DNA from: a virus
Lineage: Duplodnaviria; Caudoviricetes
IMG/VR virus record: IMGVR_UViG_3300005286_000017
Location: 1-29,617 of that record
Length of the DNA: 29,617 nucleotides
Reading direction: 5' to 3' (one strand)
The notes under the pieces were generated by a model that saw only the letters and a list, made by a program, of their open reading frames with translations, was not told the DNA's origin and ran no database searches. Within the stretch, counting starts at the first letter, position 1. Each line of letters opens with the position of its first letter. Made by a program: the position numbers and the translations under genes. Shown here one piece after another: positions 1 through 7,819 of this stretch.

Positions 1-1
1 A

Positions 2-1138
2 GGCCTCATGGCTTATGTCGGCACGCCTGACGGCGAGCGGAAGGTGACGGATCGGTACAGGATCGCCGCTACGGGCAAGAGCATCAACCGCATGCTCATC
101 CTCGATGGTAAGGAGAAGTACGAGCGCAAGGCGGCCAGCTTCACCAACCTGCATGAGTTGATGGACCGGTTCTTCCAGAACGTCAGCGGCGCCGCCGATA
201 TCCCGATGACGCGGCTGTTCGGCATGTCCCCTGGCGGTCTCAACTCTACTGGCGAGGCGGATCTCCGCAACTACTACGACAGGATTGCCTCAGCACAGAC
301 GCTCGAGATGCAGCCGGCGCTGGCCAACCTGGACGAATGCCTGATTCGCTCGGCTCTCGGCACTCGCGACTCTGACATCCACTACGTCTGGAATCCGCTC
401 TGGCAGATGAGCGAGAAGGAAAAGGCGGAGATCTTCAAGGCCAAGTCCGATGCCGCTCGCACCATTGCGGGTAAGGGGCAGGAAAGCCCGCTGATGCCTG
501 TCGAGGCGCTGTCGGACGCGTTTGTCTCCGAATTGGTCGAGGATGGGACGCTGGCCGGCCTCGAAGCGGCGATCAAGAAGTACGGCACGCTGGCCGAGCA
601 GGAAGAGGACGAGGAGGATCTGGACGCGGCAATGCCGGTAGAAAGCAGGGAGAGGCGCGTGACAGCCGACGCCGCGCCTCGCACGCTCTATATCCGCCGC
701 GATGTGTTGAATGCTGAGGAGATCCGGGCTTGGGCCAAGGCTCAAGGCTTCGAGACGGTGCAGGACGAGTTGCACGTCACCATCATCCATACCCGCACCC
801 CCATCGACTGGATCAAGGTGGGGCAGGCAGGGGAATGGTCATCGGAGGATGACGGCAAGATCACCATTGCCCCGGGCGGGCCGCGTCTCATGGAGCGCTT
901 CGGCAATGCTGTCGTTCTTCAGTTCGCCTCGTCACGCCTGACATGGCGGCATGAGGACATCAAGCGGCTCGGTGCGGTGACCGATTATCCCGACTATCAG
1001 CCCCACGTCACGATCACGTGGAACGCGCCGGAGATCGACCTGAGCAAAGTCGAGCCCTATCGCGGCAGGATCGTGCTGGGGCCGGAGCAGTTCGAAGAGG
1101 TCCGGGACGACTGGCGGTCGTCGATCTCGGAAAGGTAA
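2..1138 (+). CDS. Phage portal protein (DUF1073-type, 5' truncated) with C-terminal Acb1-like 2H phosphoesterase domain
   Basis: Frame is open from the window edge. IPMTRLFGMSPGGLNSTGEADLRNYYD and WNPLWQMSEKE are typical of DUF1073 portals, and the gene is first in the head module. The C-terminal ~155 aa carry two HxT motifs (LHVTI, PHVTI). Confidence 0.9.
   Translation, partial: GLMAYVGTPDGERKVTDRYRIAATGKSINRMLILDGKEKYERKAASFTNLHELMDRFFQNVSGAADIPMTRLFGMSPGGLNSTGEADLRNYYDRIASAQTLEMQPALANLDECLIRSALGTRDSDIHYVWNPLWQMSEKEKAEIFKAKSDAARTIAGKGQESPLMPVEALSDAFVSELVEDGTLAGLEAAIKKYGTLAEQEEDEEDLDAAMPVESRERRVTADAAPRTLYIRRDVLNAEEIRAWAKAQGFETVQDELHVTIIHTRTPIDWIKVGQAGEWSSEDDGKITIAPGGPRLMERFGNAVVLQFASSRLTWRHEDIKRLGAVTDYPDYQPHVTITWNAPEIDLSKVEPYRGRIVLGPEQFEEVRDDWRSSISER
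671..1138 (+). other. acb1: Acb1-like (T4 gp57B-like) anti-CBASS 2H phosphoesterase domain within the portal ORF
   Basis: His codons at 773 and 1004 lie in HxT motifs. TLYI, RHEDIKRLGAVTDYPDYQPHVTITWN and IVLGPEQFEEVRDDW parallel the Acb1 motif order recalled from T4 gp57B. Confidence 0.8.
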
Positions 1139-1149
1139 TCCGGCTCTGG

Positions 1150-1542
1150 TCAGGCAACTGACTGGCTCAACCCGCCAACGAATCCGCCAACGAAAGACCC
1201 AAACTTGCCCCACCAAGAGGCGTCGCCATCGGCAGATGCCTGAACTACGTCCCGCCCAGTCATTTGACCGTCGACCTTTTGGTCAAGGAGGGACATCGCA
1301 AGGGAAGTGGGGCAGATGTCAGCAACCACGGTCTCTCCGTTCGTGCCGCTGTATAGGCTGTCATACCGGACAAAACCTTCGTCCCGAAGCCAGGTCACCA
1401 TGTCGACGAAGAGGTCATCGGAATCAGGCTGGGAGGCGTCCAAGAAGTCCTCGGATGAGAGGTCTTGTCGGCGAACTCCCTTGGCCAACAGCGCTGCCAT
1501 CAACTTGCCGCGTAAGATGTTCTGTCGATCTAGCTCGTTCAT
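1150..1542 (-). CDS. Hypothetical moron protein (possible winged-helix, C-terminal glycine zipper)
   Basis: Fills the gap between portal and DUF2213 on the opposite strand. GGAGG precedes the ATG at 1542 (MNELDRQ...). Contains WLRDEGFVRY and ends GSFVGGFVGGL. Confidence 0.7.
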   Translation of the reverse strand: MNELDRQNILRGKLMAALLAKGVRRQDLSSEDFLDASQPDSDDLFVDMVTWLRDEGFVRYDSLYSGTNGETVVADICPTSLAMSLLDQKVDGQMTGRDVVQASADGDASWWGKFGSFVGGFVGGLSQSVA

Positions 1543-1578
1543 CTCGCCCTCCATTGAGCGAATATAGCAGGTAATCCG

Positions 1579-2709
1579 ATGCAATTCACAGACGCTGTAA
1601 CCGTCGCGGGAACGCGGCGGACAGGTGACGGCTATCTTGTCGCCACCGCCAAATGCGTGCGCGCCGGCATCCAGCTCTATACAGGCGACGAACTCGGTAG
1701 GCCCGAGATGAAGATCGTGCGCGTTTACCGACCTGCCGAGGAGGTGTTCGCCAAGGACAGCCTGCAGAGCTTCAGCCACGCCCCGATTACGATCGATCAT
1801 CCGACTGAGCAGGTCACGGCCGATAACTGGAAGGCTCTGTCGGTTGGCGAGGTCAGCACCGCGGCGAAGAAGGTTGACGACTGGGTCGAACTGCCTCTGA
1901 TCTTCAAGGATTCTGCCGCCATCGCTCAGATAGAGAGCGGCAAGCGCGAACTGTCGGCCGGCTATGTCGCCGACTTCGATTTTACGGCCGGCGTGGCGCC
2001 CTCTGGCGAGCCGTATGACGCCGTTCAGCGGTCAATCCGCATCAATCACCTCGCCCTGGTCGATAAGGCCCGGGCCGGATCACAAGCTCGCGTTGGCGAC
2101 AGCGCGAAAACCTGGGGCGTTGCCCCGATCACCCAACCCACAGCAGACGAAAGGAAGCCGGACATGCCCGGAGATAATCTGCGCACGGTGGTTGTGGACG
2201 GTCTCTCGGTCCAGACGACCGATCAGGGCGCCCAGGCCATCGAAAAGCTTCAGAGGGCGGTCGCTGACGCCCAGCAGAAGCTCACTGATGCCGAAAAGGC
2301 TCATGCCGACGCCATCAAGGCGAAGGACGAGGAGATCGGCACCCTCAAGGCGGACAAGAAGAAGCTCGAGGACGCCGCACCCAAGCCGGCCGATATCGAT
2401 CGAATGGTCGCCGATCGTGCCGCGCTGGTCACTGCTGCCAAAGCCGTGGACGAGAAGATCGTTACGGATGGCAAGACCGATGCCGAAATCCGCAGGGCTG
2501 TCGTCGCCACCAAGTTCAGCGACGAAGAGCTCAAGGGCATGTCGGACGACATGATCACCGGGATGTTCAAGGCCCTGACCAAGGATGCCAAGCCGAACGA
2601 CAGCGTTCGCGATGCGCTCCGCACTCAGGACCATTCCATCGCAGCCAATGACACATGGGGCGAGGGCGTCTTCGCCGCCGCCGGCATCAGCGTGAAGAAG
2701 GGGGCCTGA
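1579..2709 (+). CDS. DUF2213 head scaffold/maturation protein
   Basis: R-x-G-x-Q-x-Y, PITIDHP, ELSAGY and INHLALVDKARAG motifs, a coiled-coil C-terminal half, and position between portal and capsid. Confidence 0.88.
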   Translation: MQFTDAVTVAGTRRTGDGYLVATAKCVRAGIQLYTGDELGRPEMKIVRVYRPAEEVFAKDSLQSFSHAPITIDHPTEQVTADNWKALSVGEVSTAAKKVDDWVELPLIFKDSAAIAQIESGKRELSAGYVADFDFTAGVAPSGEPYDAVQRSIRINHLALVDKARAGSQARVGDSAKTWGVAPITQPTADERKPDMPGDNLRTVVVDGLSVQTTDQGAQAIEKLQRAVADAQQKLTDAEKAHADAIKAKDEEIGTLKADKKKLEDAAPKPADIDRMVADRAALVTAAKAVDEKIVTDGKTDAEIRRAVVATKFSDEELKGMSDDMITGMFKALTKDAKPNDSVRDALRTQDHSIAANDTWGEGVFAAAGISVKKGA

Positions 2710-2713
2710 TCCA

Positions 2714-3079
2714 ATGGCACAGCTAAACGAAATTCGCGGCACTGCCAATTTCCTCGTCTCTGAGGCGAACGGCATGTACCGCAGCCGCGACGAGGGCACT
2801 GTCGCAGCCGGTGCTGCTCCCGGCCTTGTGGCGGGCACTATTCTCGGCATTCACACCACGACCGGCCATTACGTTCGCTACGATCCGGCCGCCACGACCG
2901 GAGCCGAGACAATCGCCGGCATCCTGTTTGAGGCTGCTGTCGGCACGGTCAAGCGCACCATCGTCGTTCGCGACTGCGAGGTGAACGGTGCGCATCTCAT
3001 CTACCAGGCTGGTGCCGATGACGCTGCGAAAGCTACGGCCAACGCGGCTCTGGCGGCGCTCGGCATTATCGTTCGCTAA
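2714..3079 (+). CDS. Head decoration protein
   Basis: 121 aa immediately upstream of the major capsid. FLVSEANG.RSRD, AGTILG and C-terminal LAALGIIVR are typical of lambda gpD-like decoration proteins. Confidence 0.85.
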   Translation: MAQLNEIRGTANFLVSEANGMYRSRDEGTVAAGAAPGLVAGTILGIHTTTGHYVRYDPAATTGAETIAGILFEAAVGTVKRTIVVRDCEVNGAHLIYQAGADDAAKATANAALAALGIIVR

Positions 3080-3093
3080 AGGAGGCCGAAACC

Positions 3094-4119
3094 ATGGCAT
3101 CTATGGATATCTTCAACAACTCGGCCTTCTCGATGACCTCGCTTACTGGCGCGGTTCAGAAGGTCGGGTATAAGCCCCAGCTTCTCGGGTCGCTTGGCAT
3201 CTTCGAGCCAATGCCGGTTCGCACCCGCTCGATCTTTGTCGATCGCCGAGAGAACAAGTTGGTGCTCATTCCAGCAAGCCCGATCGGCGCACCGCCGAAG
3301 GAGCTTGAGGTCGATCCTCGTAATGCAGTGCCGCTCCAGACCGTGCGTCTAGCCAAGGGCTTCACCTTGTACGCATACGAGATCGAAGGAATTCGCGCAT
3401 TCGGATCGGAAACCGAGTTCGCCCAGGTGCAGGCCGAATACCTGCGCCGCATGGCGATGGTCCGTGACGACATGGAACTCACCCATGAGTACCATCGTCT
3501 CGGCGCCCTTCAGGGGCTGCTTCTGGATGCCGATGGCACAACGGTGATCTACAACTACTTCACCGAGTTCGGCGTGCCTGAGCCCGCCGCGATTGATTTC
3601 GATCTCGACAACCCGAGCCCGGCGCCTGGTGCGGTGCGGCTGAAGTGCGCCGAGGTGATCCGGTCCATGCAACGTTCCGCCGGTGGGGCCTTCACCCCGT
3701 CGACCACGGTTCACGCCCTGGTCGGCGATGCCTTCTTCGATGCCCTGATCACGCATCCGGAGGTGGAGAAAACCTACATCAACTGGCAGGCCGCCGCCGA
3801 CCTGCGACAGGATCGGTCGTTCCAATCCTTCGTTTATGGCAGCATCACCTGGCACAACTACCGGGGCACGGATGACAATTCGACCGTGGCGATCGACACG
3901 GACGAGGCGAAGTTCTTCCCGGTCGGTGCGCGTGACGTGTTCAAGAAGGCGATGGCACCGGCCGAGTTCGGCCCGTACATCAACACGCTTGGCCAGGACA
4001 CCTACGCGATAAACATCCCGGATCGCGATCGGCAGGCTTGGACGCGCGGCGAGCTTTACAGCTACCCGCTGTATTTCCTGCAGCGCCCCGATGTCCTGAG
4101 GAAGGGTGTGAGGACCTGA
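3094..4119 (+). CDS. Major capsid protein (lambda gpE-like family)
   Basis: MDIFN..AFS..SLT N-terminus, T.EYHRLGALQG, PL...RP.VL C-terminus; strong AAAGGAGG RBS. Confidence 0.93.
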   Translation: MASMDIFNNSAFSMTSLTGAVQKVGYKPQLLGSLGIFEPMPVRTRSIFVDRRENKLVLIPASPIGAPPKELEVDPRNAVPLQTVRLAKGFTLYAYEIEGIRAFGSETEFAQVQAEYLRRMAMVRDDMELTHEYHRLGALQGLLLDADGTTVIYNYFTEFGVPEPAAIDFDLDNPSPAPGAVRLKCAEVIRSMQRSAGGAFTPSTTVHALVGDAFFDALITHPEVEKTYINWQAAADLRQDRSFQSFVYGSITWHNYRGTDDNSTVAIDTDEAKFFPVGARDVFKKAMAPAEFGPYINTLGQDTYAINIPDRDRQAWTRGELYSYPLYFLQRPDVLRKGVRT

Positions 4120-4121
4120 TC

Positions 4122-4493
4122 ATGGCAGAGTACCACGTCAAGAACGGCAGCCATGTCGCCAAAGCCTTCAAGGTGAGGGGCGGCCATATCGTCGTCCCTG
4201 CCGGCAAGGAGGCGGATATCGTTGATGCCAAGGAACTCACCGAGGCGCAGATCGAGGCTTTCGAGCGCGAAGGCGTCAAGGTAAAGGCCAAAACTGGCAA
4301 GGCCAAAGCCGGCCAATCCGAGCTGGATCCGACTGCGCTCAGGGCGGTTCACTACGGCGGCGGCAAGTTCAACATCGTGCAGGGTGATGAAGTCGTGGCG
4401 TCTGGCTTGTCCAAGGCAGATGCCGATGCCTTCAACGCCATGTCCGATGAGGACAAGGCCGCCTACATCGAGAGTGAGAAAGCGCGCAGCTGA
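4122..4493 (+). CDS. Hypothetical head-associated protein
   Basis: ATG at 4122, 2 nt after the capsid stop; codon usage like neighbouring genes; 123 aa. Confidence 0.75.
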   Translation: MAEYHVKNGSHVAKAFKVRGGHIVVPAGKEADIVDAKELTEAQIEAFEREGVKVKAKTGKAKAGQSELDPTALRAVHYGGGKFNIVQGDEVVASGLSKADADAFNAMSDEDKAAYIESEKARS

Positions 4494-4500
4494 TATCTGT

Positions 4501-4530
4501 CGGCGCGGCAGCGTACCGCCGCGCCGTTCT
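4501..4530. terminator. GC-rich hairpin, probable (bidirectional) terminator
   Basis: CGGCGCGGC-8nt-GCCGCGCCG perfect 9-bp stem between convergent genes; only a weak T tail (TTCT). Confidence 0.55.
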
Positions 4531-4532
4531 CC

Positions 4533-4691
4533 TCAATCGAAAATCGTTTCCATTTCAGTCTCGAATCCCTGCTCATAACGTTCGTGATCAGGTGAGGCGG
4601 GCGGATAGCGATTGATATGCCGGCCCTCGCGAGCGGCCTGCTGTCCCTTTTCGAATGCCCTCTGCCGGGCGGCACGTTCCTTGTCAGTCAT
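4533..4691 (-). CDS. Small Rmf/CrpP-like protein (52 aa, not in ORF track)
   Basis: Translated by hand: MTDKERAARQRAFEKGQQAAREGRHINRYPPASPDHERYEQGFETEMETIFD. GGAGA RBS upstream of the ATG, CTATAA -10-like element at 4722-4727, and hairpin right after the stop. Confidence 0.65.
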   Translation of the reverse strand: MTDKERAARQRAFEKGQQAAREGRHINRYPPASPDHERYEQGFETEMETIFD

Positions 4692-4767
4692 TGTGATCTC
4701 CAGTTAGGTCGGATGCTTCAGTTATAGCGTTGGCGGCGAGGGATGCGCATTTTGCGGAGAATTTTCC

Positions 4768-5250
4768 ATGGCAGGCTATGGAGATGACAGCGGGTTCAGT
4801 GCCTGGCTGGCAGAGAATGGCTATACGCTGCCGGAGGGCTCTCCTGCGCCGGCCATTCTTCGCCAGCGTGGGAGTGCTTACATCGATGCGACCTACGGGC
4901 CGCGTTTTTTAGGCGTGCCGACCAATTCTGAGCAGGAACGGGAGTGGCCGCGCACCGGTGCCACCATCTTCGGTACTCCTCTCGCCTCAGACGTCATTCC
5001 GGATCGCGTCGTGAAGGCGAGCTACCAAGCCGCCTATATAGCGGCGACCAATCCTTCCGCATTGTCAGTGGTCATCGATCCGGCTCGGCGAGTTAAGCGA
5101 CAGAAGGTCGACTCCATTGAACGCGAGTTCTTCGACGGAGGGGAAGGGGCAGGCACTGTTGTGACCGCCTCCCTGTCGTCGGACATTGAGGGCCTGCTGG
5201 CGCCGCTCCTGGGTCCTGTGGGCGGCTTTCCTGCAATTCTGGTGGTATGA
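4768..5250 (+). CDS. Head-tail adaptor (DnaT-like phage protein family)
   Basis: YID..Y..RF.G, Q..EWPR, IP..V..A.Y.AA and KRQKVDSIEREF motifs; GGAGA RBS. Confidence 0.8.
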   Translation: MAGYGDDSGFSAWLAENGYTLPEGSPAPAILRQRGSAYIDATYGPRFLGVPTNSEQEREWPRTGATIFGTPLASDVIPDRVVKASYQAAYIAATNPSALSVVIDPARRVKRQKVDSIEREFFDGGEGAGTVVTASLSSDIEGLLAPLLGPVGGFPAILVV

Positions 5251-5609
5251 TGAGCTTCTACGATGAAATGCGCGGAGTTGCCGACGAACTCCTTGGCGAA
5301 TTCAAGCAGGGGGCGGTTAGCCTGAAGCGGAAGACGGGAACCACGCCTGGCGAGAACGAATGGGACCCGCCCGTTGACGTCTTTACCACCTATCCGCTGA
5401 CAGCCACGGTGAAACGGCTCCACCAGCGCTACGAGAACGGCGTGCTGATCGTAGAGACCGGCGACATGGTGACGTTCGCGGGTCCGGCCGTCGTGCCCGA
5501 GATCACCGACACTCTCATCATCGACGGTGTGGAGCGCGTCATCACCAATCTGACGCCCATTCCCGGCGCCGGAACGACAGTGGTATGGAAAGCGTGGTGT
5601 GCGGTTTAG
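5250..5609 (+). CDS. Head closure/head-tail joining protein
   Basis: Overlaps the adaptor stop; MSFYDEMR..A.ELL.EF.QG; size and synteny fit. Confidence 0.75.
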   Translation: MSFYDEMRGVADELLGEFKQGAVSLKRKTGTTPGENEWDPPVDVFTTYPLTATVKRLHQRYENGVLIVETGDMVTFAGPAVVPEITDTLIIDGVERVITNLTPIPGAGTTVVWKAWCAV

Positions 5610-5633
5610 CGACAACTGACCTGAGCTTTTAGC

Positions 5634-6056
5634 TCACGGCCAGGCATCATAAACGGGAGCCCCGCTGCAACGATAGTTGGGAAGGAACTGACCCGTCCCC
5701 CTGTCACGACAGTGCCACTGGCCATTGGGGAAGCGGTCCCATGCCGCTCCATAGCCACCACCATAATAGCCATTGTTCGCAGCGACTCCCACAGCAGCTG
5801 CAGCCCCTGCAACCGCAATCCCGGCAATTATCGCATTATCTGCTTGAATGAGCCTATTGCACTTCTCGACGGTTGCACCCCGGCGCACCAGCAGTTCGGC
5901 TGCATTCAGGCGAATATTTTGGTCAGGGTCGGTAGCCACGATACGACAGAGAGAGCGAGTGTCCTTATCTGTCAGGTTTGCAACGTTGGTGACTGGTGCT
6001 GTTGCGCAGCCGCCAAGGAAAATCGCCATCGCGGCGACGATCGATCGCTTGTACAT
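5634..6056 (-). CDS. Predicted lipoprotein moron
   Basis: MYKRSIVAAMAIFLGG-C lipobox signal; GGGGGA RBS; second hydrophobic stretch and Cys pairs; antisense to the late operon and visibly more AT-rich. Confidence 0.75.
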   Translation of the reverse strand: MYKRSIVAAMAIFLGGCATAPVTNVANLTDKDTRSLCRIVATDPDQNIRLNAAELLVRRGATVEKCNRLIQADNAIIAGIAVAGAAAAVGVAANNGYYGGGYGAAWDRFPNGQWHCRDRGTGQFLPNYRCSGAPVYDAWP

Positions 6057-6149
6057 TTGATAATCCCCCCGGCCCACTTATGGCCGCAAGAAGCACCGCA
6101 GGTCCAGAGTGACTCACTTCAAAGTTGCATACTCCTTTAGGAGTAGGTA

Positions 6150-7199
6150 ATGCCCCGCCTCACCCGCGACATCATCGAGGAGCTGCTCGCCACCTATGAC
6201 GAGCGGTTGCGCGTGGCGTTCCTCTCGGCGGTGGACGATATCCGCAACGCAATTGTCCTGCGCGTTGTCGTCGAGCGCCTAGAGAAGGGAGACGTGGCGG
6301 GAGCGATCGAGGCCATGCACCTAGACGCCGAGGCCTTCGCAAAGCTCGAACTGGCAATTGCTGAGGCATACAACGCCGGTGGCGCCGCTACGGTCGAGAA
6401 CCTGCCGAAGCTTCGCGAGCCTGATGGAAACCGGGTTGTGTTTAGGTGGGGCGTTCGCAATCCCGAAGCGGAGGCTTGGCTACGTGACCATTCGTCGACG
6501 CTGGTTACCAGGATAGTCGATGACCAGCGGGAGGCTATCAGGACTGCGCTGACCGATGGCTTATCGGTCGGCCAGAACCCACGCCAGACGGCGTTGGATG
6601 TTGTCGGGCGGGTATCAAGAGCCACAAACCGCAGGGAAGGCGGCGTGATCGGGCTCACCGCAGTGCAGGCACAATACGTTGCCCGAGCGCGCCAGGAGCT
6701 GCTTTCTGGCGAGCCCGACCAGCGACACCAATACCTAACCCGTGGCAGGCGGGATAAGCGTTTCGATCGAATTGTCACAGCAGCCATCAAAGAGGGTAAA
6801 CCGATCCCTGTCGAGACCGTTAACAGGATCGTGGGCCGGTACTCAGATCGGCTCCTCGAACTCCGCGGAGAAATGCTCGCCCGCACCGAAACCATGACAG
6901 CGCTCGGGAAGAGCCGCGACGATGCCATCCGCCAACAGATTGCGGCGGGCAAGATCATGGTTGAGGATATCACGAAGGTGTGGCGTTCGGCCGGCGACAG
7001 CCGCGTGAGGCATACGCACCGCGTCTTGAACGGGAAGTCAGTTTCGATGGATGGCTTCTTTCAGAGCCCGAGCGGGGCCATGCTGCGCTATCCGGGTGAC
7101 CCTCAGGCGCCTGGTTCCGAGACGGTCGGCTGCCGCTGCTGGATGGAATACAAGATCGATCATTTTGCCAGTGTTGTGCGCCGGCAGAGGGCGGCGTAG
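6150..7199 (+). CDS. Minor head/head morphogenesis protein (MuF / SPP1 gp7-like)
   Basis: ARTET, W....D.RVR.TH, LRYPGDP and GCRC motifs; AGGAG RBS. Confidence 0.85.
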   Translation: MPRLTRDIIEELLATYDERLRVAFLSAVDDIRNAIVLRVVVERLEKGDVAGAIEAMHLDAEAFAKLELAIAEAYNAGGAATVENLPKLREPDGNRVVFRWGVRNPEAEAWLRDHSSTLVTRIVDDQREAIRTALTDGLSVGQNPRQTALDVVGRVSRATNRREGGVIGLTAVQAQYVARARQELLSGEPDQRHQYLTRGRRDKRFDRIVTAAIKEGKPIPVETVNRIVGRYSDRLLELRGEMLARTETMTALGKSRDDAIRQQIAAGKIMVEDITKVWRSAGDSRVRHTHRVLNGKSVSMDGFFQSPSGAMLRYPGDPQAPGSETVGCRCWMEYKIDHFASVVRRQRAA

Positions 7200-7615
7200 T
7201 GGCGCAATCCTTCTCGGCCCAGATTGACGCCTGGGTTCACAAGGTCGAGGGCGCTATCGAGGCTGTTTTTCGCGAGAGCGTTCAGGAACTCGTCTCTCAG
7301 ATGCAGGCGCTGGTTCCGGTTGACACCGGTTTCCTTCGCGCGTCACTGCGAGCATCGACCACGGCCATGCCAGTGCTGTCGCTAGACAATCCCGGCGGGA
7401 CATTCACACCCGACTATGGACAAATCGAGCTCGTCATCATGGCCGCCGATGTCGGGGAGACGGTCTATCTCGGCTACACGGCCAAGTATGGGGCCTATGT
7501 TCATTACGGGGCAGGGGGAAGGCCGCCGCGGCCATGGGTGGATATCGTCGCCCAGCGCTGGCAGGCGATCGTTGCAGAGAAGGCAGCGGAGCTTAAGGCG
7601 CGTCTTGGTCTTTGA
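7199..7615 (+). CDS. HK97 gp10-like tail completion protein
   Basis: PVDTGFLRAS, YTAKYGAYVHYG and PRPWV motifs; GTG start overlapping the upstream stop. Confidence 0.85.
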   Translation: MAQSFSAQIDAWVHKVEGAIEAVFRESVQELVSQMQALVPVDTGFLRASLRASTTAMPVLSLDNPGGTFTPDYGQIELVIMAADVGETVYLGYTAKYGAYVHYGAGGRPPRPWVDIVAQRWQAIVAEKAAELKARLGL

Positions 7616-7799
7616 CGCCGGCCAGTCGATCGCTTTCCTGCTCGCCTGCCAGAAGCAGGGCCAAGCCAAGGCCGGAGAGAACCTGACGGGCGGCCTTCAG
7701 TGCCGTGTCGCCACGAACTGTTTCAGCCTCATCGTCGCCTATGAGCTTACGAGCGGCGGCAAGTCTTTCGTGGATCTCGTTATCGGTGAGCGGCTTCAT
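7593..7799 (-). CDS. Small hypothetical antisense protein (68 aa)
   Basis: MKPLTDNEIHERLAAARKLIG... fills the 200-nt gap between gp10-like and tail terminator genes; no clear SD. Confidence 0.5.
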   Translation of the reverse strand: MKPLTDNEIHERLAAARKLIGDDEAETVRGDTALKAARQVLSGLGLALLLAGEQESDRLAGVKDQDAP

Positions 7800-7819
7800 T
7801 GGCCAAGGAATAGCGCAGA

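Noticed and set aside
1172-1194. CCGCCAACGAA repeated twice
   Set aside because: Explained by the FVGG-FVGG glycine-zipper coding on the minus strand; not a CRISPR or regulatory repeat.
1543-1800. N-terminal extension of the 216-aa minus ORF 1150-1800
   Set aside because: Overlaps the DUF2213 gene antisense; a good SD supports the start at 1542.
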